From contig CP049827.1 in assembly GCA_039725535.1 (NCBI GenBank), forward strand, positions 2,224,556 through 2,256,555: a stretch of DNA of 32,000 bases, read 5' to 3'. The notes under the pieces are model-generated. The model had not been told where the DNA came from. It worked only from the letters and a program-made list of their open reading frames with translations, and ran no database searches. Source of the stretch: Halomonas socia. Lineage in GTDB: Bacteria; Pseudomonadota; Gammaproteobacteria; Pseudomonadales; Halomonadaceae. Below are positions 19,369-28,064 of the stretch, piece after piece; the first letter of the stretch is position 1; each line of letters starts with the position of its first letter. The position numbers and the translations under genes are program-made.

Positions 19369-20574
19369 ATGACAGCAGCCGAGACTCGTCAGCTTCCCCT
19401 AGCCGGGCTCAAGGTTCTCGAACTCGGCCAGCTCATTGCTGGCCCCTTTGCCACCAAGCTGCTAGGTGAATTTGGCGCCGACGTGATCAAGATCGAGCCA
19501 CCCGGCACCGGCGATCCTCTTCGCAAATGGCGAATCATCGAGGATGGCACCTCCCTCTGGTGGCACGTCCAGAGCCGCACCAAGCGCTCGGTGTCACTCG
19601 ACTTGCGTGCACCCCAGGGCCAGGACCTGGTCCGTCGCCTGGTTCATGAGGCCGATGTGCTGGTCGAGAATTTCCGCCCCGGTACGCTTGAAGGATGGGG
19701 GCTCGGCTATGAGGCACTCGCCGCCTTCAACCCGCGACTGATCATGGTACGGATCTCTGGCTACGGCCAGACCGGTCCTTACCGCGACAAGCCCGGCTTC
19801 GGGGTGATCGGCGAAGCCATGGGCGGGCTGCGCTACCTCACCGGCCACCCTGGTGAACCCTCGGTGCGGGTCGGAGTGAGCATCGGCGACTCCCTCTCCG
19901 CCCTCTACGCGGTGATCGGGACTCTGCTCGCACTGCAGGAGCGAGGCCGCAGCGGGCTCGGCCAGGAGATCGACGTGGCGCTCTACGAATCTGTGTTCGC
20001 CATGATGGAGAGCCTGCTACCCGAGTACGACGCCATCGCTCAGGTGCGGGAGCCCAGTGGCAGCGCCCTGCCCGGCATCACGCCGTCGAATGCCTACCGC
20101 ACCCGCGACGGCGACTTCGTGCTGATTGCCGGCAACGGCGACAGCATCTTCAAGCGCCTGATGCAGGTGATCGAGCGCGACGATCTGGCCGAGGACCCGG
20201 CGCTGGCTCACAACGACGGTCGCAGCCGCCGCGCCGCCGAGATCGATGCTGCCATCGAGGCCTGGAGTCTGACCCTCGGTCGCGACGAGATTCTCGCCGC
20301 TCTGGATGCCGCCCGGGTGCCTGCGGGCTTTCCCTATACCGCTGCCGACATTGCCAGCGACCCGCACTACCTGGCCCGAGAGATGATTCAGACCATCACC
20401 CGCCCCAGCGGCGGCCCGCTCAAGGTCCCCGGCGTACTGCCCCGACTCAGTGCCACCCCGGGCCGGCTCGGCGATGGCGGCCCGGCCCTGGGCCAGCATA
20501 CCGAGGAGGTGCTTGACGAGCTGGGCATTGATGACGAGACCCGCGCCAAGCTACGCAGCGCCGGCATCATCTAA
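19369..20574 (+). CDS. CaiB/BaiF family (class III) CoA-transferase
   Basis: 401 aa. N-terminal LAGLKVLELGQLIAGPFATKLLGEFGADVIKIEPP is typical of family III CoA-transferases. AAGGAG SD. Confidence 0.88.
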   Translation: MTAAETRQLPLAGLKVLELGQLIAGPFATKLLGEFGADVIKIEPPGTGDPLRKWRIIEDGTSLWWHVQSRTKRSVSLDLRAPQGQDLVRRLVHEADVLVENFRPGTLEGWGLGYEALAAFNPRLIMVRISGYGQTGPYRDKPGFGVIGEAMGGLRYLTGHPGEPSVRVGVSIGDSLSALYAVIGTLLALQERGRSGLGQEIDVALYESVFAMMESLLPEYDAIAQVREPSGSALPGITPSNAYRTRDGDFVLIAGNGDSIFKRLMQVIERDDLAEDPALAHNDGRSRRAAEIDAAIEAWSLTLGRDEILAALDAARVPAGFPYTAADIASDPHYLAREMIQTITRPSGGPLKVPGVLPRLSATPGRLGDGGPALGQHTEEVLDELGIDDETRAKLRSAGII

Positions 20575-20589
20575 CCCCGGGGAGCTTCC

Positions 20590-20772
20590 ATGCCTTCATT
20601 ACAGATCAACGAGGTGGCGCCCCGCGACGGGCTGCAGATCGAAGCCGATTTTGTGCCCACCGTAGACAAGATACGCCTGATCGACGCCCTCTCCGCCACC
20701 GGCCTTGCGCGCATCGAGACGGCCAGCTTCGTCTCGCCCAAGGCGATCCCCCAGCCCATGCCGGCCCGCTGA
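20590..20772 (+). pseudogene. truncated hydroxymethylglutaryl-CoA lyase-like gene (N-terminal ~56 codons only)
   Basis: The 60-codon [58 protein letters not shown]... matches the conserved HMGL N-terminus (EVGPRDGLQNE...IE.TSFVSPKWVPQ). It then stops. Full-length enzymes are about 300 aa, and the next gene (opposite strand) ends 24 nt later. Confidence 0.65.
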
Positions 20773-20795
20773 TCGCGGGCTCGCGTGGCTGGGGG

Positions 20796-22070
20796 CTAGT
20801 CGGCCCCCTGCTGCCAGCGGCACACGAATAGCGCATAGGCCTTGAGGGTATGGCGGATCGACTCGATGTCGACCCGCTCATCGATGCCGTGGATGCGTTC
20901 CGCTACCGGCCCGTAGCAGCTACCCGGCACGCCGCCCGCAACGTGGAAGGCGCACAGGTCGGTGATGCAGGTAGAGAGGTAGTGTTCCGGATCGCGGCCG
21001 GTCAGCGTCCGGTGGCACTCCTCGAGCAGCCCGATACCCGGCGCCGCGAGGTCGACCAGATGCCCCGGCGAGCGAAAGCCGTGAAATTCGACCCGTGGCG
21101 CCTCACCGACCAGCCCCAGCTCGCGATGCGCGCGAGCCACGCAGTCCTCGAAGCGCTGCATGATCTGCTCAGGCGCCACCCCCGGCGCAAAACCGACCCG
21201 CCCCTCGATTTCCGCATGGGCGGCTACGCTGGAGGCCCAGTTACCGCCATCGAAGCGGCCGATGTTGAGGCTGAAGGGCCGCGCGTAGGCGTCGTAGGGC
21301 GGCTCGCGCTCGGCGTTGAGTTCATCCTCGAACGCCCTGAGCGCCGGGATCAGCCGCTGCATGGTGTCGATGGCATCGCTGCCGGACGCGGGGTCGAGCA
21401 CATGGGCCGGCACGCCATCGACGCGTATCCGGAAGCGCACCACACCGGTCTGGCCGGCGTAGAGGCGCGGCCCGAAGGGCTCGGGAATCAACACGAAATC
21501 GCCGCCGTGGCCGGCATTGACGCAGGCCAGCGCGCCGTTGCCGCTGCACTCCTCCTCGATCACGGCCTGCAGCGTCAGCGGTGTGTCGATGGCGACGCCG
21601 GCACGCCGCACCGCCACCACCGCCATGACCATCGCCGCCACTCCCGCCTTCATGTCGCCGGCGCCGCGTCCGTACAGCCAGCCATCCCGCCGCCAGGGCT
21701 GCCAGGGCGGCCGAGACCAGGTGTCGATGGGCTCTGCCGGCACCACGTCGAGATGGCCGTTGAACACCAGGTGCGGCCCGGGGGCGTTGCGATTCAGTGC
21801 CGAGACCAGGCAGTAACGGCCGGCGCCGGACCACGCCACTGGCGCATGCTGGGAGTGCTGCAGCAGGCTCGGCTCATCCATCGCCACCCGCTCCACCGGC
21901 AGATCGAGCCGCGTAAGTGCTGCTTCCATCGCCGTCAGCACGCCCTGCTCCTGGCCAAGCACGCTGTATTCACGCACCAGGGTTTCGGTCAAGGCCAGGG
22001 TCTCCTCGAAGCAGGCATCGCACTGCTCGAGCACACGCTGTTCACGCTCACTCAGTTGCTCGCTCGACAT
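20796..22070 (-). CDS. M20-family metallohydrolase (ArgE/DapE/acetylornithine deacetylase-like)
   Basis: 424 aa. Motifs NGHLDVVPA and GRGAGDMKAG are typical of ArgE/DapE/ACY1 peptidase M20. GGAGG SD. Confidence 0.82.
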   Translation of the reverse strand: MSSEQLSEREQRVLEQCDACFEETLALTETLVREYSVLGQEQGVLTAMEAALTRLDLPVERVAMDEPSLLQHSQHAPVAWSGAGRYCLVSALNRNAPGPHLVFNGHLDVVPAEPIDTWSRPPWQPWRRDGWLYGRGAGDMKAGVAAMVMAVVAVRRAGVAIDTPLTLQAVIEEECSGNGALACVNAGHGGDFVLIPEPFGPRLYAGQTGVVRFRIRVDGVPAHVLDPASGSDAIDTMQRLIPALRAFEDELNAEREPPYDAYARPFSLNIGRFDGGNWASSVAAHAEIEGRVGFAPGVAPEQIMQRFEDCVARAHRELGLVGEAPRVEFHGFRSPGHLVDLAAPGIGLLEECHRTLTGRDPEHYLSTCITDLCAFHVAGGVPGSCYGPVAERIHGIDERVDIESIRHTLKAYALFVCRWQQGAD

Positions 22071-22104
22071 CGTCCCTCCCCGGCGCTCGGTTGCAGCTGG
22101 CGCG

Positions 22105-22779
22105 TCAGGCGCCCAGCCCCTGAATCACATAGTCCCTGGCCACGCCGATGTGGTAGTCCACCGCCTCGCGGCAGCGCTCGGGCTTGCCGCTGGCCAGGGC
22201 CTCGATCAGCGGCCAGTGGTTGGCGGCGATGCGCTCGGGCTCGGCGTGGGTGCGCTCGATCAGCGCCATGCACAGCCGCAGCTCGTGGGATAGATCATCG
22301 AAGGCCTTGAGCAGGCGGCGGTTGCCGGCCATCTCGAACACCAGGCGATGAAAGTGCAGGTCGGCCTCGATCTTGCGGCCGTCATCGCTCCCCGCAGCCA
22401 GCTCGCACATGACCTCCACCTGCCGTGATAGCTCGGTGTGGACGGCATCGTCGAAGCGCGCCGCCAGCAGCTCGAAAGCGTGGCGTTCGTAGCACAGACG
22501 CAGGTCGAAGACATCGGCCAGGTCGTCGCCGATGAGTTCGCGCACGTAGAAACCCTTGCGCGGCCGCGATATCAGCAGGCCGCGGCTCTCCAGCAGCCGC
22601 GCCGCCTCGCGCACCGGCGCGCGACTCACGCCCAGCTCGCGGGACAGCTGCACCTCCGACAGTCGCACTCCCGGCGCGTAGTGGCGCGCGATGATCGCCT
22701 CGGTAAGGTAGTCGGCCACCTGCTCGACGAGGTTGGTCTGCTGCAGCCGCGGCGCAGCAGGCGGGGGGTTGGCATGCAT
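22105..22779 (-). CDS. GntR-family transcriptional regulator (FadR/FCD subfamily)
   Basis: 224 aa. N-terminal winged HTH (...LSEVQLSRELGVSRAPVREAARLLESRGLL...) and a C-terminal all-helical FCD-type domain. Divergent from the ABC transporter genes. Confidence 0.88.
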   Translation of the reverse strand: MHANPPPAAPRLQQTNLVEQVADYLTEAIIARHYAPGVRLSEVQLSRELGVSRAPVREAARLLESRGLLISRPRKGFYVRELIGDDLADVFDLRLCYERHAFELLAARFDDAVHTELSRQVEVMCELAAGSDDGRKIEADLHFHRLVFEMAGNRRLLKAFDDLSHELRLCMALIERTHAEPERIAANHWPLIEALASGKPERCREAVDYHIGVARDYVIQGLGA

Positions 22780-22845
22780 TGAAGTCCCTCTGCTCCAGAA
22801 TCCTGAGACGCTAATGTGTTTACAGTATGGCCAAACATCACGCTA

Positions 22846-22867
22846 TGTCGACCACCGACTGTCGACA
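22846..22867. promoter_or_regulatory. candidate GntR-type operator (two TGTCGAC boxes)
   Basis: TGTCGACC (22846-22853) and the perfect palindrome TGTCGACA (22860-22867) fit the GT-N-AC core of FadR-subfamily operators. They lie in the divergent intergenic region, 67-88 nt from the gntR-type start. Confidence 0.3.
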
Positions 22868-22987
22868 GCTTGGGTGAGCGTTGCTATGTTCAAAGGCGAC
22901 CCGATGATTTGCCATCGACGCACCACGACCAACAAGACGTATTAGAGAAACAAGACGTACCAAGACCAACAACAAGGGACGTAACCT

Positions 22988-24541
22988 ATGAAGACTCCTC
23001 TGGCCCTGGCCATTGCCGCCACGGCGTTCACCCTCTCCGGCGCGCATGCCGACGAGCCGCGGCACGGTGGCACCATTGACACCATCATCCAGCCCGAGCC
23101 GCCCGGCCTGGTGCTGGGCATGATCCAGAACGACCCGACCCGCAAGGTGGCAGGCAACATCTACGAAGGCCTGCTCAGCTACTCCACCGACCTGGAGCCG
23201 CGCCCACAGCTGGCCGAATCCTGGGACGTCGATGACGACGGCCTGGTCTGGACCTTCCAGCTCCGCGAGGGGGTGACCTGGCACGACGGCGAGCCCTTCA
23301 CCGCCGAGGACGTGGTGTTCTCCGCCGATGTCTTCCATCGCGAGCTCAACCCCAGCGCCCGCGCCGTGCTCGACCACGTCGAGAGCATCGAGGCCGACGG
23401 CGACCACACCGTGGTGTTCACCCTCAAGCAGCCTTTCGGGCCCTTCCTGCTCTCCTTCGAGGCCGGCACCTTCACCATGGTGCCCAAGCACCTCTACGAG
23501 GGGACCGACTTCCGCGATAACGAGCACAACAGCCACCCCATCGGCACCGGCCCCTTCAAGTTCGAGAACTGGGACCGCGGCACGGTGATCGAACTGGTGC
23601 GCAACGACGACTACTACGTGGATGACCTGCCCTACCTCGATGGCATCAACTGGCACGTGATCCCCGACGGTGCCTCACGCGCCGTGGCCTACGAGAACGG
23701 CACCGTCGACGTACTGCCCAACGGCACCGTCGAGAACTTCGACATTCCGCGCCTGGCCGAGCTCGACAACACCTGCATGACCGAAGAGGGTCACGAGTAC
23801 TTCAGCCCCTTCGCCATGCTGTGGATGAACAATCGCGAGGGGCCTACCGAGGACAAGCGTTTCCGCCAGGCGGTTATGTACGCCATGGATCGCGAATTCG
23901 CCCGCGATGTGCTTTGGAACGGGCTCGGCAATGTGCCGCTCTCGTCGTTCGGCTCCAACGCCCGCTTCCAGCACGACGGCCTGGAGCCCTACGACCACGA
24001 TCCGGATCGCGCCCGCGAGCTGCTCGACGAGATGGGCTATGACGGCGAAGAGGTGCGCCTGCTGCCGCTGCCCTACGGCGAAACCTGGACGCGCTGGGCC
24101 GAGGCGGTGCAGCAAAACCTGCGCGAGGTGGGCATCAACGTGCGCACCCAGTCCACCGACGTGGGCGGCTGGAACCAGCGCCTCGGCGACTGGGACTACG
24201 ACCTCGCCTTCACCTTCCTCTACCAGTACGGTGATCCGGCGCTGGGTATCTCGCGCACCTACCTCTCCAGCAATATCGAGCGCGGCTCGCCGTGGAACAA
24301 CGTCGGCGGCTACGAGAACGAGCGCGTCGACGAGCTGTTCAACGAGGCGGCCACGGCCTTCCCGGATGAAGAGCGGGAGTCGCTCTACCGTGAGGTCCAG
24401 GAAATTCTCCACGAGGACGTGCCGGTGGGCTGGTTGATGGAGCTCGGCTTCCCGACCCTCTACCGCTGCGACGTCAACGACCTGGTGACCTCCGGCGTCG
24501 GCGTCAACGACGGTTTCAAGGACGCTTGGCTGGACCGCTGA
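22988..24541 (+). CDS. ABC transporter substrate-binding protein (peptide/nickel/opine family 5, DppA/GsiB-like)
   Basis: 517 aa. Signal peptide MKTPLALAIAATAFTLSGAHA. Family-5 SBP sequence. Confidence 0.88.
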   Translation: MKTPLALAIAATAFTLSGAHADEPRHGGTIDTIIQPEPPGLVLGMIQNDPTRKVAGNIYEGLLSYSTDLEPRPQLAESWDVDDDGLVWTFQLREGVTWHDGEPFTAEDVVFSADVFHRELNPSARAVLDHVESIEADGDHTVVFTLKQPFGPFLLSFEAGTFTMVPKHLYEGTDFRDNEHNSHPIGTGPFKFENWDRGTVIELVRNDDYYVDDLPYLDGINWHVIPDGASRAVAYENGTVDVLPNGTVENFDIPRLAELDNTCMTEEGHEYFSPFAMLWMNNREGPTEDKRFRQAVMYAMDREFARDVLWNGLGNVPLSSFGSNARFQHDGLEPYDHDPDRARELLDEMGYDGEEVRLLPLPYGETWTRWAEAVQQNLREVGINVRTQSTDVGGWNQRLGDWDYDLAFTFLYQYGDPALGISRTYLSSNIERGSPWNNVGGYENERVDELFNEAATAFPDEERESLYREVQEILHEDVPVGWLMELGFPTLYRCDVNDLVTSGVGVNDGFKDAWLDR

Positions 24542-24550
24542 CCCCTGATC

Positions 24551-24572
24551 GAGGCGGCCTTCGGGCCGCCTC
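24551..24572 (+). other. intercistronic stem-loop after the ABC binding-protein gene
   Basis: 9-bp stem GAGGCGGCC / GGCCGCCTC with a TTCG tetraloop, 10 nt after the SBP stop and 22 nt before the permease ATG. No U-tract. Confidence 0.5.
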
Positions 24573-24593
24573 CTCGCTTGCAGAGACCCTCCC

Positions 24594-25571
24594 ATGCTCT
24601 ATGTCCGCTTGATCCTGATGCGGCTGTTGAAGGCCGTGGTCGTGCTGTTCATGATCATCATCTTCAACTTCGTGTTGATCCAGCTCGCCCCCGGCGACCC
24701 CGCGGCCATCCTGGCCGGTGAGGCCGGCGCCACCGACGAGGAATTCCTGCGTCAGCTGCGCGAACGCTTCGGCCTAGACCAGCCCCTCTACGTGCAGCTG
24801 TGGCGCTACGTCTCCGGCGTCGCCATGCTCGACTTCGGCTTCTCCTACCGCCAGCAGATGCCGGTCCTCGACCTGATTCTGGCGCGCCTGCCGGCTACCC
24901 TGCTGCTCACCGGCACCGCCTTCGTGCTCTCCCTGGTACTGGGCATCGTCGCCGGCTCGCTGGCCGCTGCCCGGGCCAAGAAGGCCTCCGGCTCGATCAT
25001 CATGGCCCTGGCGCTGCTGTTCTACGCCACGCCGCTGTTCTGGGTCGCACTGATGTCGGTGGTGCTGTTCTCCGTCTACCTGGACCTGCTGCCCGCCTAC
25101 GGCATGTACACCGTGGGTGCCGGCCACACCAGCCTGGCCCTGGTCCTCGATGTGGGCAAACACCTGATCCTGCCGGCCTCCACCCTGGCGCTATTCTTCA
25201 TGGCCATCTACACCCGCATGACCCGCGCCTCGATGCTCGAGGCCAGCCAGCAGGACTTCGTCAAGACCGCCCGCGCCAAGGGGCTCAAGAACAGCGTCAT
25301 CCAGCGACGCCACATCCTGCGCAACGCGCTGCTGCCGATCATCACCCTGGCCGGCCTGCAGGCAGGCCAGATGGTCGGCGGTGCCATCCTCACCGAGACG
25401 GTGTTCGCCTGGCCCGGCATCGGCCGACTGATGTTCGAGGCGCTGCAGCAGCGCGACTACAACCTGCTGCTGGGCATCTTCTTCTTCTCGGCGGCCCTGG
25501 TGATCCTGTTCAACATCATCACCGACCTCGTCTACGGGCTGGCCGACCCGCGCATCAAGGAGGGCTCATGA
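24594..25571 (+). CDS. ABC transporter permease (DppB/GsiC-like)
   Basis: 325-aa polytopic protein. The stop overlaps the next ATG (ATGA). Confidence 0.88.
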   Translation: MLYVRLILMRLLKAVVVLFMIIIFNFVLIQLAPGDPAAILAGEAGATDEEFLRQLRERFGLDQPLYVQLWRYVSGVAMLDFGFSYRQQMPVLDLILARLPATLLLTGTAFVLSLVLGIVAGSLAAARAKKASGSIIMALALLFYATPLFWVALMSVVLFSVYLDLLPAYGMYTVGAGHTSLALVLDVGKHLILPASTLALFFMAIYTRMTRASMLEASQQDFVKTARAKGLKNSVIQRRHILRNALLPIITLAGLQAGQMVGGAILTETVFAWPGIGRLMFEALQQRDYNLLLGIFFFSAALVILFNIITDLVYGLADPRIKEGS

Positions 25572-26404
25572 GCTTCTTCGCCCGCTTTGCCCAGAACCGC
25601 GGCGCCCTGATCGGGCTGATCATTCTCCTCACGATCATCGCCATGGCGATCCTTGCTCCGCTGCTATTTCCCGAGTCGCCCTGGCGCATGGTGCAGCGCC
25701 CCTTCCTGCCACCCATGGAGGTCGACGGCTTTCCGCTCGGCACCGATACCATGGGCCGCAACGTGGCCGCGGGGCTGATGCACGGCGCCTGGGTGTCGCT
25801 GCTGATCGGCCTGGTCTCGACCACGGTGGCACTGGCCATCGGCGTACCGCTGGGCGCCATCGCCGGCTACTACGGTGGCCTGATCGACGACGCCCTGATG
25901 CGCTTTACCGAGTTCTTCCAGACCATTCCCAACTTCGCCCTGGCAATCGTGCTGGTGGCCATCATGCAGCCCAGCATCACCTCCATCGTGCTGGCCATCG
26001 CCATCGTCAGCTGGCCCCCGGTGGCGCGCCTGGTGCGCGCCGAGTTCCTGTCGCTGCGCAACCGCGAGTACGTCGAGGCGGCGCGCCTGGTCGGCCAGTC
26101 CAACACCACCATCATCCTGCGCCAGATCCTGCCCAACACCCTGTCGCCGATCATCGTGCTGGCCTCGCTGATGGTCGCCACCGCCATCCTGCTGGAGTCC
26201 GCCCTCTCCTTCCTGGGCCTGGGGGATCCCAACGTGATGTCATGGGGCTACATGATCGGCGCGGCGCGCACCGTGATCCGCCAGGCCTGGTGGCTGAGCT
26301 TCTTCCCCGGCGTGGCGATCCTGCTCACCGTACTGGCCCTCAATCTGGTGGGCGAAGGCCTCGACGACGCCTTGAACCCGAAACTCGCCCGCGAGCGCTC
26401 CTGA
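25568..26404 (+). CDS. ABC transporter permease (DppC/GsiD-like)
   Basis: 278 aa from ATG 25568 (MSFFARFAQNRGALIGLIILL...). The upstream part of ORF 24800-26404 is an out-of-frame overlap with the previous permease and was discarded. Confidence 0.88.
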   Translation: MSFFARFAQNRGALIGLIILLTIIAMAILAPLLFPESPWRMVQRPFLPPMEVDGFPLGTDTMGRNVAAGLMHGAWVSLLIGLVSTTVALAIGVPLGAIAGYYGGLIDDALMRFTEFFQTIPNFALAIVLVAIMQPSITSIVLAIAIVSWPPVARLVRAEFLSLRNREYVEAARLVGQSNTTIILRQILPNTLSPIIVLASLMVATAILLESALSFLGLGDPNVMSWGYMIGAARTVIRQAWWLSFFPGVAILLTVLALNLVGEGLDDALNPKLARERS

Positions 26405-26415
26405 GGGGAAACGAC

Positions 26416-28041
26416 ATGACCGATAGCCAAGCGACGCCCCTGCTCAGCCTGCGCCATGTCAGCATCGCGCTGCCCAAGGGCGCCGACCGCGCCCTGGCCG
26501 TGGAGGACGTCAGCTACGACGTGTTTCGCGGCGAGATCCTGTGCGTGGTGGGCGAATCCGGCTCCGGCAAGTCGATGGCCGCCAACGCGGTCATGGGCCT
26601 GCTGCCCAAGGGCGTCTACACCAGCGGCGGCGAGGCGATCTTCGACGGCCAGGACCTGTTGCAACTCAGCGAAAAGCAGCACCGCACCTTGCGCGGACTG
26701 CGCATCGGCATGATTTTCCAGGAGCCGATGACCGCACTCAATCCATTGATGCGGGTCGGTGCCCAGATCAGCGAGGTATTCGAGGCCCACGGCCAGTTCA
26801 ATACCCGCGAGCGCCAGCAGAGGGCGCTGGCACTGCTCACCGAGGTCGGCATCCCGGATCCTGACAAGGCGATTCGCGCCTACCCCTTCCAGCTTTCCGG
26901 CGGCCAGCGCCAGCGGGTGATGATCGCCATGGCGCTGGCCCTGGAGCCGGAACTGCTGATCGCCGATGAGCCGACCACGGCGCTCGACGTCACCACCCAG
27001 GCTCAGATCCTCGAACTGATCCGCGACTTGCAGCAGCGTCGCGGCATGGCGGTGATGTTCATCACCCACGACTTCGGGGTAGTCGCCGAGATCGCCAACC
27101 GGGTCTGCGTGATGCGCTACGGCCAGATCGTCGAACTCGGCGAAGCCGAGGCGGTGCTCAAGCACCCCTCCCACGACTATACCCGGGCGCTGATCGAGGC
27201 GATTCCCAGCGACGTGATTCCCGAGGCGCGCGGCGCCGAGACCGATACGCCACTGCTCGAGGTGGTAGGGCTCAACAAAGTGTTCCGCTCGCGGGGCGGG
27301 CTATTCAAGCCGGCCCGCGAGGTACACGCCCTGCAAGATGTCTCCTTCTCGCTGGTCAAGGGAGAAACCATCGGCATCGTCGGCGAGTCGGGCTCCGGCA
27401 AGTCGACCCTGGGGCGCTGCGTAGTGCGCCTGGAGCGTCCGGACAGCGGCACCCTAAGCCTCTCCGGCACCGATTTCATGCACCTGCAGGGCGAGGCGCT
27501 GCGCCGCGAGCGCCACCGCGTGCAGATGATCTTCCAGGACCCCTATGCCTCGCTCAACCCACGCCATCGGGTCGGCTACTCCATCGCCCAGGGGCCCATC
27601 GCCAACGGCACGTCCAAGGGCCAGGCCATGGCCAAGGCCAAGGAGCTGCTGGCGCTGGTGGGGCTCGAGGGCACCGACGACCGCTACCCCCACGAGTTCT
27701 CCGGCGGCCAGCGCCAACGCATCGGCATCGCACGGGCGTTGGCCATGCAGCCCGAGCTGATCGTCGCCGACGAAGCGGTCTCGGCGCTGGACGTATCGAT
27801 CCAGGCCCAGATCCTCGAGCTACTGGAAGAACTCAAGCAGAAGCTCTCGCTATCGCTGCTGTTCATCACCCATGACCTGCGGGTGGCGGCACAGATCTGC
27901 GACCACATCGTCGTCATGCAGCACGGCCGTATCGTCGAGCAGGGTCCGGCCCGGGAGGTGTTCCTGGCGCCTCGTGAGGCTTACACTCGCGAACTGCTGG
28001 ACGCCATTCCCGGCCGCGAACAGGCGCTGGCCGACGCGTGA
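26416..28041 (+). CDS. ABC transporter ATP-binding protein with two fused ATPase domains (GsiA-like DppD-DppF fusion)
   Basis: 541 aa from ATG 26416 (GAGGGG SD). Two Walker A motifs (GESGSGKS twice) and two signature motifs ([16 protein letters not shown]). Confidence 0.9.
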   Translation: MTDSQATPLLSLRHVSIALPKGADRALAVEDVSYDVFRGEILCVVGESGSGKSMAANAVMGLLPKGVYTSGGEAIFDGQDLLQLSEKQHRTLRGLRIGMIFQEPMTALNPLMRVGAQISEVFEAHGQFNTRERQQRALALLTEVGIPDPDKAIRAYPFQLSGGQRQRVMIAMALALEPELLIADEPTTALDVTTQAQILELIRDLQQRRGMAVMFITHDFGVVAEIANRVCVMRYGQIVELGEAEAVLKHPSHDYTRALIEAIPSDVIPEARGAETDTPLLEVVGLNKVFRSRGGLFKPAREVHALQDVSFSLVKGETIGIVGESGSGKSTLGRCVVRLERPDSGTLSLSGTDFMHLQGEALRRERHRVQMIFQDPYASLNPRHRVGYSIAQGPIANGTSKGQAMAKAKELLALVGLEGTDDRYPHEFSGGQRQRIGIARALAMQPELIVADEAVSALDVSIQAQILELLEELKQKLSLSLLFITHDLRVAAQICDHIVVMQHGRIVEQGPAREVFLAPREAYTRELLDAIPGREQALADA

Positions 28042-28064
28042 ATCGACTATCGCAAGGAGACGCA

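Noticed and set aside
20850-22310. 486-aa plus-strand ORF overlapping the M20 hydrolase and GntR genes
   Set aside because: It is an Arg/Pro/Ala/His-rich antisense artefact. The minus-strand genes have clear family motifs and Shine-Dalgarno sites.
22838-24595. Two long minus-strand ORFs (272 and 306 aa) opposite the ABC binding-protein gene
   Set aside because: These are antisense artefacts rich in V, G, H and A. The plus-strand SBP has a signal peptide and family-5 sequence.
24800-25567. N-terminal 256 codons of the 534-aa ORF 24800-26404
   Set aside because: It is an Arg/Pro-rich out-of-frame overlap of the first permease gene. The real second permease starts at ATG 25568 in an ATGA overlap.
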